A stretch of 64,000 nt of DNA from Zancudomyces culisetae HAW-14-8 (Eukaryota; Fungi; Kickxellomycota): NCBI GenBank assembly GCA_052426225.1, contig JBNJNM010000006.1, forward strand, positions 62,001-126,000. Direction: 5' to 3'. Every line of letters begins with the position of its first letter. Position 1 is the first letter of the stretch. Positions 46,391-58,800 of the stretch are shown here, piece after piece. The notes beneath the pieces were generated by a model, which had not been told where the DNA came from, searched no databases, and saw only the letters and a list, made by a program, of their open reading frames with translations. The translations under genes and the position numbers were made by a program.

Positions 46391-48928
46391 CTAGAATTGT
46401 GAATCAAAAAATGATATTGCTCGATCAGGTCCAATCTCAAGATATTCACCTTTCTTGAGAAAGCGAATGCCAGATTCTGTAGAAGTTGAAAATGGGCCTC
46501 CTTGTCTACTTGTTTCACGAGCTAACTCTCTTCCGCATTCCCATGCATATGTTTGTGGACTACATATAGAACAATAAACACAATGTTGAACACACATAAT
46601 TTATCGCTAATGGTAAAATCGTGGATGGATACCTTACTCATTATCTGGAACAGTAATATTTATAGAGAGTTCGGTCGGAAGAATAGGCCTCAGTTCCCTA
46701 CGAAGCCTTTCTTTTAATCCTTTCAATTTCGAGGATCCACCGACCAAAATAATATTTTGTGCCAGCTCATTTTTATAGTCTATAGTTATTACCACATGGA
46801 CAACGTATCATAATTATTGCAATGTTGATTACTTACTATCTACTATTTGCTACATCAAATTAAACTAAAATATAAAGTTTTAAAAGTTTAAACGAAAAGA
46901 TGAAATACCTTTTGGACATGCCAATATCGATTCCACTATTGCCTCGTGGATACCGCCTTGTTCCAAGCCTAATCAGAATATATAAAAATTTAACCGCACT
47001 CAGTACATACATTTTACAGATGAATTCTTTTAAATACAAAATGGAGCTACTACTTTTTTTTTGTAAGAAATGTGCTAGTTCATGTATTTACATTATCAAA
47101 TATAACCACCAAAAAGTAGAACTAAAGGTCTTACAAATATCCGAGGGGTGAAATAAGCATTCAGGAATAACGAACCGTTCGCTTTTTAGAGATAAGATCT
47201 ATATAAGATAAAAAAAAAGTGATCAATATAAATATCGCTCCAAATTTATATATATCTAACCAAAAAAAAAAAAACAATATGTATTGTGTGTGATCAAGTG
47301 GTGGTATACACACCAAGAAATATTTTTACCTGTTCTTGATCTATATTTTGTGTATTATTGCTTGGATCCTATTTTATATTTGAAAGAAAAATGATTATTA
47401 ATGGTTGATACTATGGAAGGAGAAGAGAGAAGAGAGAGTGGGGGGGGGGGGGAGGAGGAGAAAAAAAAGCTCCAGCAATGATATTATCGTTTATAACCAA
47501 TATTCATTGTGGCAATTGTAGAAAACAGTCTCAATTCGTTAAAAATATCTTACATATATAAATCCCTTCTTAATAGCTGTGAAATCTGGCAAAACGTATT
47601 TTAAATCCAGTTCGGTGCTAAACTTCGTCTTGATCATGTCAGCTTCATAATCCGTTGATACAAAACAGCAATCCTCTTTAATTTCATTGATCACTATGCC
47701 TTCGTCCATCATATCAAAGTGTCGAAAGGATATGACCTCTTTTAAATAGTTTGTTAGGTGCAATCCTCCAATGTCAATCCTGTTTTGCAAAAAGTATGTA
47801 TTATAATTTACCTTGTTAGTTAACCACCAATGTATGCAATCTTTATCATTTTTCTTCCATCTCATTCAAAAGTATTATATGGTAGCTATCTGGAAAAAGC
47901 GATTTTATGGGTCCATCGGTCACCTCATCCCCCAGAAGGACAACTAACGCAAAAAAAAGCAAGAAATTAAGTATTGGTACTGACCTTCTAATCCCATCTT
48001 TAATACATTTGCCCTTATAAAATGGTACGATATGTGTGAAAGTAAATCCGATATCCACAATCAATACACATCCTAATGCATCATATCCACTATATCCATG
48101 ATCACTGTCCATTTTTACCAACCTAGAGTTCGCAATGATATCTGGACCTTTATACATTTATTACACACAATTCAGCGAGATGTATTACAAGATGTGTCTT
48201 TTAAACGACTGGAGGTAGAAATGTGCCATAAATATTATGTTCTATAGAACTCATATTATAAACTTTTAGTACCTGTTGCACGTAACAAACTTTCAAACCC
48301 ATACTCTTCAAATATTATTTCATCATAGTTTTTCTGTATTTGCGGAATATTCAGTACGGGTTCAGTAAGAAGTAGATTTGTACTTGTAGGTTCGCACTAT
48401 AAATCCATATTTTTAATGGTATTGTTTTTATCACTGGATAGGATTAAGTTTTAAATTGATATTACAAGGTATAGCTATATTTTTCTCTCTTCCCCCATAA
48501 AAGTGATGTAAAAGTTGAATATCCTTACCCCTGTAACACTAGAATCAAACAATCTGTCCCAAACCGCAAGCTGAACGTCCCAGTTCACCAAATAGCCTCT
48601 TTCAAATGGCGAACGATAATACAACCCAGAAACATCAGTGACTCCGTTAATCAAATCCGCAACAAATACCATATTTGTCTTTTTTGTCTTCATTACAAAG
48701 TTTGGAATGATCCTAAGAATTAATTTCCATTTCACAACATTGATTATACACAGCTCTAAATATTTACACTTTTATCCCTATAAAATATGTCCACATCATC
48801 CACGTACAAAAAAATACGAATATGGAGTGACCTATAAAGTAGATATCTTTTTACCTGCAGTTTGAATCATCCGAGTAGCCCGCCTTGATCGATTGGGATC
48901 CATTGTCAATTACTAATGTCTTATTCAT
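46391..48928 (-). CDS. ARP6: Actin-related protein 6; exons 48928-48855, 48712-48529, 48396-48273, 48147-47985, 47779-47554, 47368-47330, 47198-47135, 46968-46909, 46779-46638, 46559-46391
   Basis: Manual splicing over nine GT-AG introns keeps frame: LVIDNGS..IKAG, PFERGYLVNWDVQ, LLLTEP, IIFEEYGF, VDIGFTFTHIVPF, RIDIGG..LTNYLKEVISFRH, ERFVIPECLFHPSDI, NIILVGG, TYAWECG. Confidence 0.92.
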
Positions 48929-49433
48929 CAAAAAGTTTTTTTACCCCCTCCTCTGGTAATTTCACACCAGAATCAAGGATTTGTTGTTGGTGTTAATCGA
49001 ATTTATTTTATCGCTTGTATGGCTAACTAAGACCTGCTTTTTCTGCTCAAGCTTAAATGTGGTGGGGGCGTTTTTATTTTTATTTTATATTTCTTTTAAT
49101 ATGACTTGTAGAGATTAGGTTCAGAGCTAAGGAAACGGAGAAAAATGGGAAACTAGTACATTTATTGGGTATGAATTTCAAGATCATATAATTTGCTACC
49201 CAACCAATTATAAAGAAATCCGTTGATTCTGAAAGGAGTTTAAGATTGTTTAAATATGCTTATGTTTATTATACCATAATTCAAAAAAATAAAAAGGAAG
49301 GGTCTACTAAATACGAAATATTATAAGGTTTGCAAATAAGTCGCATTAAAATTACAAAAGGGACAAGGATGGAAAAAAGAAAGGCGACTGCAGATTCGGA
49401 TGTAGAGGTGACGAGAATAAATAATAATTAGGA

Positions 49434-51519
49434 TCACTCATTGGAAGCATCTTGCTCTTCGGCCTCAGCCTCAGCCTCAGCTTCAACCTCAATATCGGAT
49501 TCGCCAGCGGATGATTTTCTTCCGTTGATAGTTTTATCATCGTCTATCCAATTCATCATTATATATTTTGTGCATTTATTAGCACCAGGTAATTCCTAAA
49601 TACCAAGGTTGTAAGCAGTGTTATAAAAACCTCTTTAAAGATGCTGAAAATAAAAAATGACAAGCAAAAAAAATTATGATTAAAAAAACAACATACCTGA
49701 ATAGCCTTGGTAACACTTAGATTGCTGAGCCCATACATGTAGGGCCCACTAGTGTGGATTTTGACCGATATTCCTAGCTCTTGAACCTTCTCCAAAACTA
49801 TTTTCCAAACTGCACTAGCCGAACCTGCTGAATATTTAATACTCTCATTGTCGTCCGCAACCACTTCAAACTATTCATTTATGTTTGGTATTCTTGTTTT
49901 TAAAAATATACTCAACAATGGTACACAAATTTGTAGTAAATAACAATATTTTTATATTACAATTGGACCGGCGGCATCGTATAATATCGAGGATGTATAG
50001 ATAGTTTTAGAGGTTGGGTTTGCAATACTTGGATACTCACGAGATGATTTAAAACCAACTGGAAAGATATACCGTGCTGTATGGAACCCTTCCTCATCAT
50101 ATATAACTTTTCCTATTAATTTTTATCCTTTCGTGTTAGGTCGTGCTAAATTTTGTGTTATATATCGCTATACTACAACACAAATTATGACATAGTTAGT
50201 GTGATAAATCAAGTATGTTACCTAGCTCATGTATTGTGACCAAGTCCGCCCCTTGTTGGATGATGGCTGGAAGCACTACCTTGCCATTTTTGTCAACTGG
50301 AAGGGTCTATATTTGGGAAGCATAATTTCAAGCTATTTAAATTCGATTCCAAGGTCGTAAAGGTAGCACAATTTTTTATTACCTCAACACTCTTTGGTTG
50401 TTGTCTTGTTTCTTTGCTTTGCTATTTCCATAAAATCTTGTATATAGAAACGAGTATCACAATATTTGTCCCTAACACGAACTAAAATGCCAGCAACTAG
50501 AATTCATAAATATAAATTGTTTACCACTCTTCTTCTTTTTTTAATCGAGCCCGCATGTATGCCGTCTCCCTCCTATATCAATGTAAATTAAGTGTAATAG
50601 GTATTAATGGTTGGTTAGTGTGTAGTCGCTAAGCGTTCAAATAATGTCAAATTCGTAAAAAAAGCAAAAGCGGCGTTTCGTTTATGGACTTACCATTTTC
50701 TCACGAGAGTGAAAATTTATATCTCGTTTATTTTCTGATCCCTCCAGTGAAGCCGACAAAATTCCGTTATTTGAATCGAATTCTTTCTTTTTTAGATTTC
50801 TAGCACCGTTACCTGTGTACTCCTCCAAGTCACTAGAATCATCACTAATGTTTTAGGGTTGCAATTTTTATATTTTAACAGGTGCCAGTTACTTTAATTT
50901 AAAATCAAGAAGAATTTTAATTGGACTTTTCTTTTCATATTTGAATATTTACCTTGGATACTTTCCCTTTATGTCCCTTGTTAATTCGACAAAGAGATTC
51001 AACAGATGACTAGTTTTAAAAGAATAGTATTGATTATACATTTCCAAGATTATTTAACCAAGGGATCGCCTTGATCCCCTTGAAATTAGAAATTTAAAAG
51101 GATGTAGAATGAAGAGGATAATGTTACCCTCAAATTTACTTTTACTTTCAATTTAATTAATACAAGTATACTATTTAAATGTTTACTCTTTTTCTCCCTG
51201 AATCCTTGCAGCTTCTATCTTTGTCTTCTCTATCGTTTTTATTAACCTGTTTTTTGCCTATTAGTATTATGTAAATATGAAAATCCATCTGATATTTTGC
51301 TAAAGCACGCTTTTTAAATCTTACGTTTGAAAAGTACTATATTATAATTATGTTTTATCTTTCTAATACAAAAGAGAAAATACACAAAAAAAATAACGGT
51401 AGAAATGATATGGGTTTTTTGTTTTAAAGTAAGGCGTTGTTTACCTCTTTTGCCGAGTCGATCTTATCGAGAATGACAAATTCCTCGGTTTCATATTCAC
51501 CTCGTTCCGTGGCCTTCAT
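49434..51519 (-). CDS. TBRG1-like FYRN/FYRC domain chromatin protein; exons 51519-51445, 51257-51187, 51009-50953, 50844-50694, 50572-50525, 50421-50383, 50306-50222, 50112-49961, 49870-49697, 49595-49434
   Basis: Manual splicing keeps frame: N-terminal coiled coil, KKRRR NLS-like motif, FYRN (IHELGKV..FHTARYIFPVGFKSSR), FYRC (SAVWKIVL..SGPYMYGL..IQELPGANKC). The 5' exons are less certain than the 3' exons. Confidence 0.82.
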
Positions 51520-53237
51520 TATTTTTCTTTCAGCTTTCTTTTTAGTGTATTCAAGAGTATTTGATAATTGTTTTTTCAATATAGAAAAAATATGATGTCA
51601 AAGTATATGAACCATGTAAAAATATAGAAAGATTATATAAGTATTTAAAAATATATGCCAAAGAGTTGGGTGTTATACTTTTTTTTTTCTAAAAAAAATA
51701 CTAGTGCGAAATATTATTTGTAAAAGGTTCTTAATATTCAAATTTATCAATCTTTCAGTAAATAAATCCAGCAATGATGACTCGCGTCTCAAGCCCAAAC
51801 TAGTATTTCTGTGCAAATATTTTTATCTCTGTAATTTCAATAATTTTGTGATATACATGTAGCTTGGTTAAGTCTAGAAAGTACAATAATTTCCTGAAAA
51901 TTGTTTTATGATATACTTGTTACAACCCAACAAGTTTTCACATGACGGTATCTGAATATATGCAAATAAAAGAAAACTTAGATGCTTTCTTAATATAGTA
52001 TATATATATCAGTTCAGTGTATGATGTTGGAGTAAACCATGTAAGAACTGTAGTTAAAATTTATATGTTATAAAGTTATTGTGAGAATAATTGTTGAGGT
52101 AACAAATCCAGAATAGGTGCTAATTAACTGACACGAGTGATAATAGCGTGATTGTTACATAGATGGTTGAGTATACCAATAAAATGAATGATTTTACTGT
52201 GGTTGTATACCACTAAAAGGGTATTGTGGAGAGAGGAGGGGGGGTGTGTATTTAGTTTTCATTTCCAAATAAACCTTGTTGCTTCTTTCTATTCGTTCAA
52301 TTAAATACAATTTTGTTCAGTCGTCTTTTAGGATTAGATATTAAAAACTATGATATAAGAATTCCATAAAGAACTCAACAAATATACTAACGATATCAAA
52401 AAAAAAACGATTACTACTTTTGCAAGTATTATAAAGGTGGTTTCTGCTGAGTTGTGTGTATCAATAGTGGTTTGATATGGCTGAACAGCTTATTGATTCA
52501 GTAAATAAAACGATAACTACTCTAGTAAGTTATAGATCAGGATATAAAAGGTTTTACTTTCGGTTGTGGACCACTTATGCGTAAAAATAGGTAAAGGATG
52601 CTATGGTTATGACAGTAATATGCTAAGCTTTTATGTAATTTTCGTAAGACCTGAGATACTAAATTAGCTTATTAGGTAGAATTAAAGCGAATCTAGGGAA
52701 ATGGGCAATAATGTTGCAAAAAGTAAATAAACATGTTCACAAAGGTATTTGTACATTTTTGCCAATTTTCTTGTTCGAAAAGCATTGGCTATGAATTCTA
52801 AATTGCCATTTATTTGCAATAGAGTGAGCGGAATAAGAATTAAAAAAAGAAAAACTAAAAGCAAAATCTGGATAATTTTAGCACTTTGTAGCAATAATTA
52901 TATGGCTTTCTCTACGACGCCTTGAAACCTTTTACTAGTTAGCACAAGCAACATCAGTAATTTCCAAAACCAAGATTAACCACAAAAGGAAAAGCATAAT
53001 TGAGTATACCCGCATTTTCATTTAACCAAGTAAGGAAATTTAGTTTTACAATTTTTAAAGTGAGATTCATACTATAAACAAATAAATAAATAATAGTTTA
53101 ACTGTAATCTCTCACAATTTTACAAAATCAATTATCGTTATTAATACTTATGATGAAGATTTCATATTTATTGACTCTACCTTTCCGTTATAAATTGTGG
53201 ATCGACTCTAAAACCATATAGATTCGAACATTGAGAA

Positions 53238-54078
53238 ATGCCTCCAAATTATACAGATTTAGAAGCAAACCTAAACGTGGGTGGTGAACCCAATCGCACT
53301 AACGATGCAGCCACACAAAATCAAAATATGTTTGACAAATCAAGGTAAAACTTGGCAAAGTCTTGTGTAAAAGATGCAGTATACTTTTTATTATCTTTAT
53401 AAAAAAGAAAAAAGACAATAACAATCAATGCCAACTGTAACACAAATGAATAGCCATCCCCTAGCTCTGTTGTTCTATCTACTTTTCAAGGTTATATCTA
53501 TAGGCCTTTATTTGTTTGGAACACTCTTCACTGACAGATTCGTGTTGTTATTTTTACTGTGTATTTTCTCGCTGTCATGTGATTTTTGGACTGTAAAAAA
53601 CATCTCAGGGAGGTACCTTGTAGGCTTAAGATGGTGGAATGAAGTCGACGATGAAGGAAACAATATTTGGCTTTTTGAAAGCCACGATGTAAGTGAGCGA
53701 AACACTAATAGTTTATTGTCTAGAATCGGTGGATTTATCAGGTTTGCTGTTATTAACTTTATTTCTGTCATTTCCCATTTATAGCCGAATCGAAATAATA
53801 CTAGTGATTCCAAGATATTTTGGTTCCTATTGTATGCAACCCCGGTGACTTGGGCATTATTTGCGCTTGTGGCGATAATTGGATTAAAATTTCAGTGGCT
53901 TTTAATAGTGGCGGTAGCTTTGATACTTTCCTCCGTCAACTTTATGGGATACACTCGTTGTGACAGAGATGCAAGACAGAAATGGACAGGAACGTCTTCC
54001 ACATACCAACCAAGTCAATTTTTGGGTGGCTTAATGACTAAATACGTATCCGGAAACCTGTTTGGCCGGTTCTTCTGA
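53238..54078 (+). CDS. TVP23: Golgi membrane protein Tvp23; exons 53238-53344, 53454-53688, 53785-54078
   Basis: SHPLALLF, DFWTVKNISGRYLVGLRWWN, WLFES, DSKIFW, NFMGYTRCD; two frame-preserving GT-AG introns. Confidence 0.93.
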
Positions 54079-54238
54079 AATAGAAAGGACATTAGATATT
54101 TGCTTTTACTACTCAAAAACATGAATTCGGAGGAAAAGACATAATGCTCTTTTTATTTTAGCGGTATTTTATATATTCTAATAATAATGTACTTGTCTTG
54201 ATACGTGTTAAAAACGCAAAACTCTATTATGACTAACA

Positions 54239-54922
54239 TCACCAAGTCTTTTTGGGACCCATTATTGTTTTTGCGCTTTTCCAGCCAAAATGAGTAAGAA
54301 CTTCGTTTGCAAAAACCTCGCCAAGACCTATCATAGCTCCACTAACAAAAGGAAGCACCATTGTAGTTATGGTTGTTACTAGTATCATCTGATGATTTGA
54401 TCTGAAAAACGCACCTAATCCCACAAAAATACGTCTTATGGATGATTGATTTTTATCCTTGTTATGGCTGTGGGTTCGCAATAAAATTCCAATTGTTTGT
54501 GTTTCATTAATCAAATTTCGGTAAAGACTAGTTTGAGGAAATGGGGAGAGCTCTGACCCAGATTGAACGTCTAGCTTGTCAACAGGCTCATTCGTATTTT
54601 GCTTACCATGAAGGGTGAGTTCGAATTTCGAGACTCTTTTTGCTTTCTCAGCAAGAAAATCTGGCGATTCAGCAATTTCCTCTTGTAAATCCAAAGAAAT
54701 ACCCGTGTTATCCTCGCCCAATTCATCATCCGATTCGGGTTGAGATGAATTTTCTACTACGTTCTTACCGCTAGATATAATAACTTCCTCTTCTCTGCTA
54801 GATATAATTGCAGATTCAGTGCTGCTAGTTAATGCATGCCAAGAATCATTAATACTTGAGGATAATTCTGTATCCTGACTCTGAGCATCCTTTCCTTTAG
54901 TGACATCTTCTTTTAGCGACAT
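54239..54922 (-). CDS. MIM1: Mitochondrial import protein Mim1/Tom13-like with long acidic N-terminus
   Basis: C-terminal LPFVSGAMIGLGEVFANE..FGW matches the Mim1 signature LPF.NG.M.GFGE.FAHE. Confidence 0.75.
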   Translation of the reverse strand: MSLKEDVTKGKDAQSQDTELSSSINDSWHALTSSTESAIISSREEEVIISSGKNVVENSSQPESDDELGEDNTGISLDLQEEIAESPDFLAEKAKRVSKFELTLHGKQNTNEPVDKLDVQSGSELSPFPQTSLYRNLINETQTIGILLRTHSHNKDKNQSSIRRIFVGLGAFFRSNHQMILVTTITTMVLPFVSGAMIGLGEVFANEVLTHFGWKSAKTIMGPKKTW

Positions 54923-55377
54923 TTTGATTGTAGCAAGTTGACAATAAAAAAAGCGAAGAATAGTGGTTGGTATGTTATATCAGATTATTTTCTAACAAAG
55001 GGATAACAAATGGGTAGTACAAAACATATAAATAAATCGCAAATCTGAAAACAACCAAGAAAAAATATATTTCACAAAACTAGTAAATATTTCAAATAAA
55101 CCAATTCACTATCTCAGCCAATCAATTGCAACTAACATTGCCATGACCTGACTATGTTTCTAGTGATGAAGACTGATACTTGGTAATTGTATTGATTTCC
55201 AATTGGTGTTTGACAGGCACTCCATAATCTTTTCTTGAACTACCATTACCTTCTCTAACTGATATATACAAGAAAACTCAAAATCCAAGACAAAGGCATC
55301 AATGATTGATGTCTAATAATAATAGAATACATCAAATAGAGAGTATAACAAAAGTAAATAAGTTAAAAAATAATAGT

Positions 55378-55390
55378 AAAAAAAACAAAA
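55378..55390 (-). terminator. RNA polymerase III terminator (T4-G-T8) of the tRNA-Arg gene
   Basis: T-runs begin 4 nt after the discriminator base on the minus strand. Confidence 0.75.
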
Positions 55391-55393
55391 TTG

Positions 55394-55466
55394 CGATCAC
55401 GGTGGGACTCGAACCCACAATCTTCAGATCCGAAGTCTGACGCCTTATCCATTAGGCCACGCGACC
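55394..55466 (-). tRNA. tRNA-Arg(UCG), 73 nt, intronless
   Basis: GGTCGCGTGGCCTAATGGATAAGGCGTCAGACTTCGGATCTGAAGATTGTGGGTTCGAGTCCCACCGTGATCG: full cloverleaf, A box TGGCCTAATGG, B box GGTTCGAGTCC, anticodon loop CTTCGGA. Confidence 0.97.
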
Positions 55467-55474
55467 ATATTTTT

Positions 55475-55789
55475 TGTCAGATACTAACGTTTTTATGCTA
55501 GTATCTCTTATATTTAATACTACTATGCTAAATATAAAACTATGTTATTCTATTTTTAAATATTACTATGTTTTATTTCAGACCTAAGTTGTATATCTTT
55601 TTTCCTAAATTAACTATTTATTGTGTAACATTTATAAAAAACTAACTAAAAAACTCTTATATAAGATACTACTAAAAAATTATATTTAAAAACGAAAATG
55701 TTATTAGAAAAAATCACTAGGATAAAAAAAACTAATGCATTTCGGATTCGTAACCAGTTACGAATCAATTGTCAATTTGCTATATGACA
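55475..55789 (-). repeat. 3' LTR of element 1
   Basis: TGTCAGATA...TATATGACA; direct repeat of 60333-60647. Confidence 0.96.
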
Positions 55790-55790
55790 G

Positions 55791-55802
55791 CTCCCCCCTT
55801 TT
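55791..55802 (-). other. Polypurine tract of element 1 (AAAAGGGGGGAG)
   Basis: 1 nt from the 3' LTR, overlapping the pol stop codon. Confidence 0.9.
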
Positions 55803-58800
55803 AAGCGCGGATGCCCTCATTCCGCCGGGACTGCTTAAATCGCTTCAACTTAGTCTTCAGTGTCGTTGTTACATCCGGAATCATATAGTTGCTGGTGTGG
55901 TACTTCTTAAGCATATCTCCATGAGCTAATTCTCTGTTACCTTCTTGATCACTTATAACATACGCACCCTTGCTTAAAGCTCTTTCAACCGTGTAGGGGC
56001 CTTCCCAATAATGTTCGAGTTTTGACCTCTCCATGTCTACCAACTTAAGAACCTTCTCACCTACCTCAAACCTATGGTACGTGACACCCTTGTTATACCT
56101 TGTTGCCTGTGAACTTTTGGCTTCGATAGAACTCTTATGAGCCAGATTTCTCAACACAGGTAAGTCGTCATTTATCTGTTTCACCCTGCTTAAAATCAAT
56201 TCCTCTACGTTTTCAATTTCTCCATTGTACTTCCATGTAGTGGGTAGTGAAAGCTCAACGCCATACAGCATCTCCGCCGGACTGTATCCAATCGATTTAT
56301 TTCTCAAAGTTCGTATTACCAGTAGAGTTTTCCATAGGTAGGCATCCCACTTCTGTTTATCATTCCGACATTGCTTAATCAATACATTCATGAGAGTTTG
56401 GTTCAGTCGTTCCGTCTGACCATTACTCTGAGGCCTGTACGAGGTCGTGGGAGTGTGGTGTATACCCAACCACTCGTACACTTGAGTCGCACATTCAGAT
56501 AGGAAGCTGGACCCACGGTCACTAATCAGTTGTTGAGGTACTCCAAATGGTGCTATGACCTCATTTATAAGGAAATTTATTACGGTGTTACTTTGTATAT
56601 TGGGTACAGCTAATGCAATAGGCCATTTCGTGAACAGGTCTATAGCCGTCAAGATGAACCTGTTTCCACTAGCGGAAATCGGTGCTATTGGCCCGATTGC
56701 GTCAATTCCGACTATCTGGAAAGGTTTCGTCGTAACTATTGGAACCAGTGGATGCCTTTTACTTTTACTACCCTTGTATAATTGGCATACCGGGCAACAC
56801 TTTACGATTTCCTTGACCTCTCTATATATATTCCTACTGGTATACCTCTGTGATACACGCAACCAGGTGTTTTCTATGCCTTCGTGCCCTTCGTTGTGTA
56901 TTGACTCAACTACTTGGCGGATATTTCCTCGATGCAAAACCTCTTTCAAACATCCTTTTACTTCTTTCATTAGTTTACCCTTATCGATTTTATATAGTTT
57001 AGATCTTCTCTTTAGCCTTTCTTTGTACTCCACATCTATATTGTCTGGTAACTTCTTTTCCGTAAGGTACTGTTTTATATCTTCGTATTCTAAAATTTCC
57101 ATGGCAAACACGTCGAGCTCTACATCATCCTGTTCATTCTCATTCTCAGTAACTAGTCGAGACAGAGCATCGGCTGGGTTGATAATTCCGGGTAAATGCT
57201 CTATGGTATAATCAAAACTACGTAGGACCATAGCCCAGCGTGCAACACGACCTGTTATATCTGGGCTATTGAACAATTGGATTAACGACTTGTGGTCGGT
57301 TCTGATTCTGAACTTTCTACCCCATACGTAGAATTTGAACTTTTTAACTGACCAAACCACGGCCAAGCCTTCCAAATGGCTTATGGAGTAGTTTTTTTCT
57401 GCTGGAGTGGTGGTTCGGCTTGCATACTCTATTATTTTCTCACCTTCGCTGGTAATCTGAGATAACACACCTCCTATTCCTATTGCTGATGCGTCCGTGG
57501 TGATCACAAACTCGACGGTCCAGTCTGGATGACCTAATACCGGTGCAGAAGACATCAATACCTTCAATTGTCTAAGCGCATCTTCCTGTTCGTCACCCCA
57601 TTCCCATTTTACAGACTTCTTCAGTAGTTGCGTTAAGGGACTGGTGACCCGAGAATAGTTAGGAATATATTTCCTGTAATATCCAGTCATCCCTAATGCC
57701 GATTGCAATTCCTTAACGCACGTCGGAGCCTTTATATTGTTTATAGCTTCCACTTTCTTTGGGCTGGTTCCTATCCCCTTGGCGGATATTGTGTGCCCTA
57801 GATATTCGAGTTCTGTAAATCCTATAACGCATTTATCCCGGTGGAGCTGTATTTGATTCTTTTCTAATAATGCTAAAACCTTATCCAAATCTTCCGCATG
57901 CTTATTGATTTCTTTCGAGAAGACGATAATATCGTCCACAAAAACTACGGCACACTTCCATAACAGAGGTTGTAGTACTTTTTCCATTGCGCGTTGGAAC
58001 GTCGCCGGACTATTCGTTAGTCCAAACGGCATGACGTTATATTCAAAAGCGCCACTCCCTGGGATGGCAAAGGCTGTTTTTGCTTTGTCGGCGCTATGCA
58101 TACGGATCTGCCAAAATCCGCTCATGGCGTCAAGGCAGCTAAACACAACCGCGCCAGACAAAGCCATGAACAGATCTGCGATAACAGGGAGCGGATAACT
58201 ATCCTTTCTTGTCACCTCATTGAGCCTCCGGTAGTCGGCGCAGACGCGTATCTTTCCGTTTTTCTTATGGACTATCACCACTGGAGCGCACCATTCAGAA
58301 GTTGTCGGTGAAATAATTCCCTGTTTTTCCATTTCCTTTAATTCATGCAATACCTGCTCTTGCTGCCTATGCGGTATCCGGTAAGGCCTGAGCTTGATAG
58401 GTGTCTCATCTTTTACCTGGATACGATGTTCTATCACGCTAGTTTGAGTGAGCTCGGAAAGGTCGCTAACAAAGATGTTGTTATACTTATGGATTACACT
58501 TTCAAGCTCCACCTCCAGGCACGATCCTCTTCCTACTGGTCCTTGCTTTAAGATAGCGTACAGTTCAGCTTTTTCATCTTCCATGTTCAAATCTGCGGAT
58601 GTTTCTAGCCTTGTAACTACTTCCACGTTTTCGATTGGTATCCTTAGTTCAGGTACTTTAAGATTCAACGAAGCCTTATGTTGTAGTAACCAATCGGTTC
58701 CTAGGATAAGAGTATCGTCATTTCTGGACATAACGATCAGATTTACTGGTAATATGAAGCTTGCAATCATTAACGGCACCTGCGACAACCTTCCTAGGGT

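Noticed and set aside
55163-55262. Possible C/D snoRNA (GTGATGA ... CTGA) downstream of the tRNA
   Set aside because: No convincing terminal stem and no rRNA-complementary guide that I can identify.
57930-57945. FVDD/FIDD in place of YxDD in RT as a sign of inactivation
   Set aside because: F-x-D-D is a common functional variant in Ty3/gypsy RTs and is shared by both intact elements.
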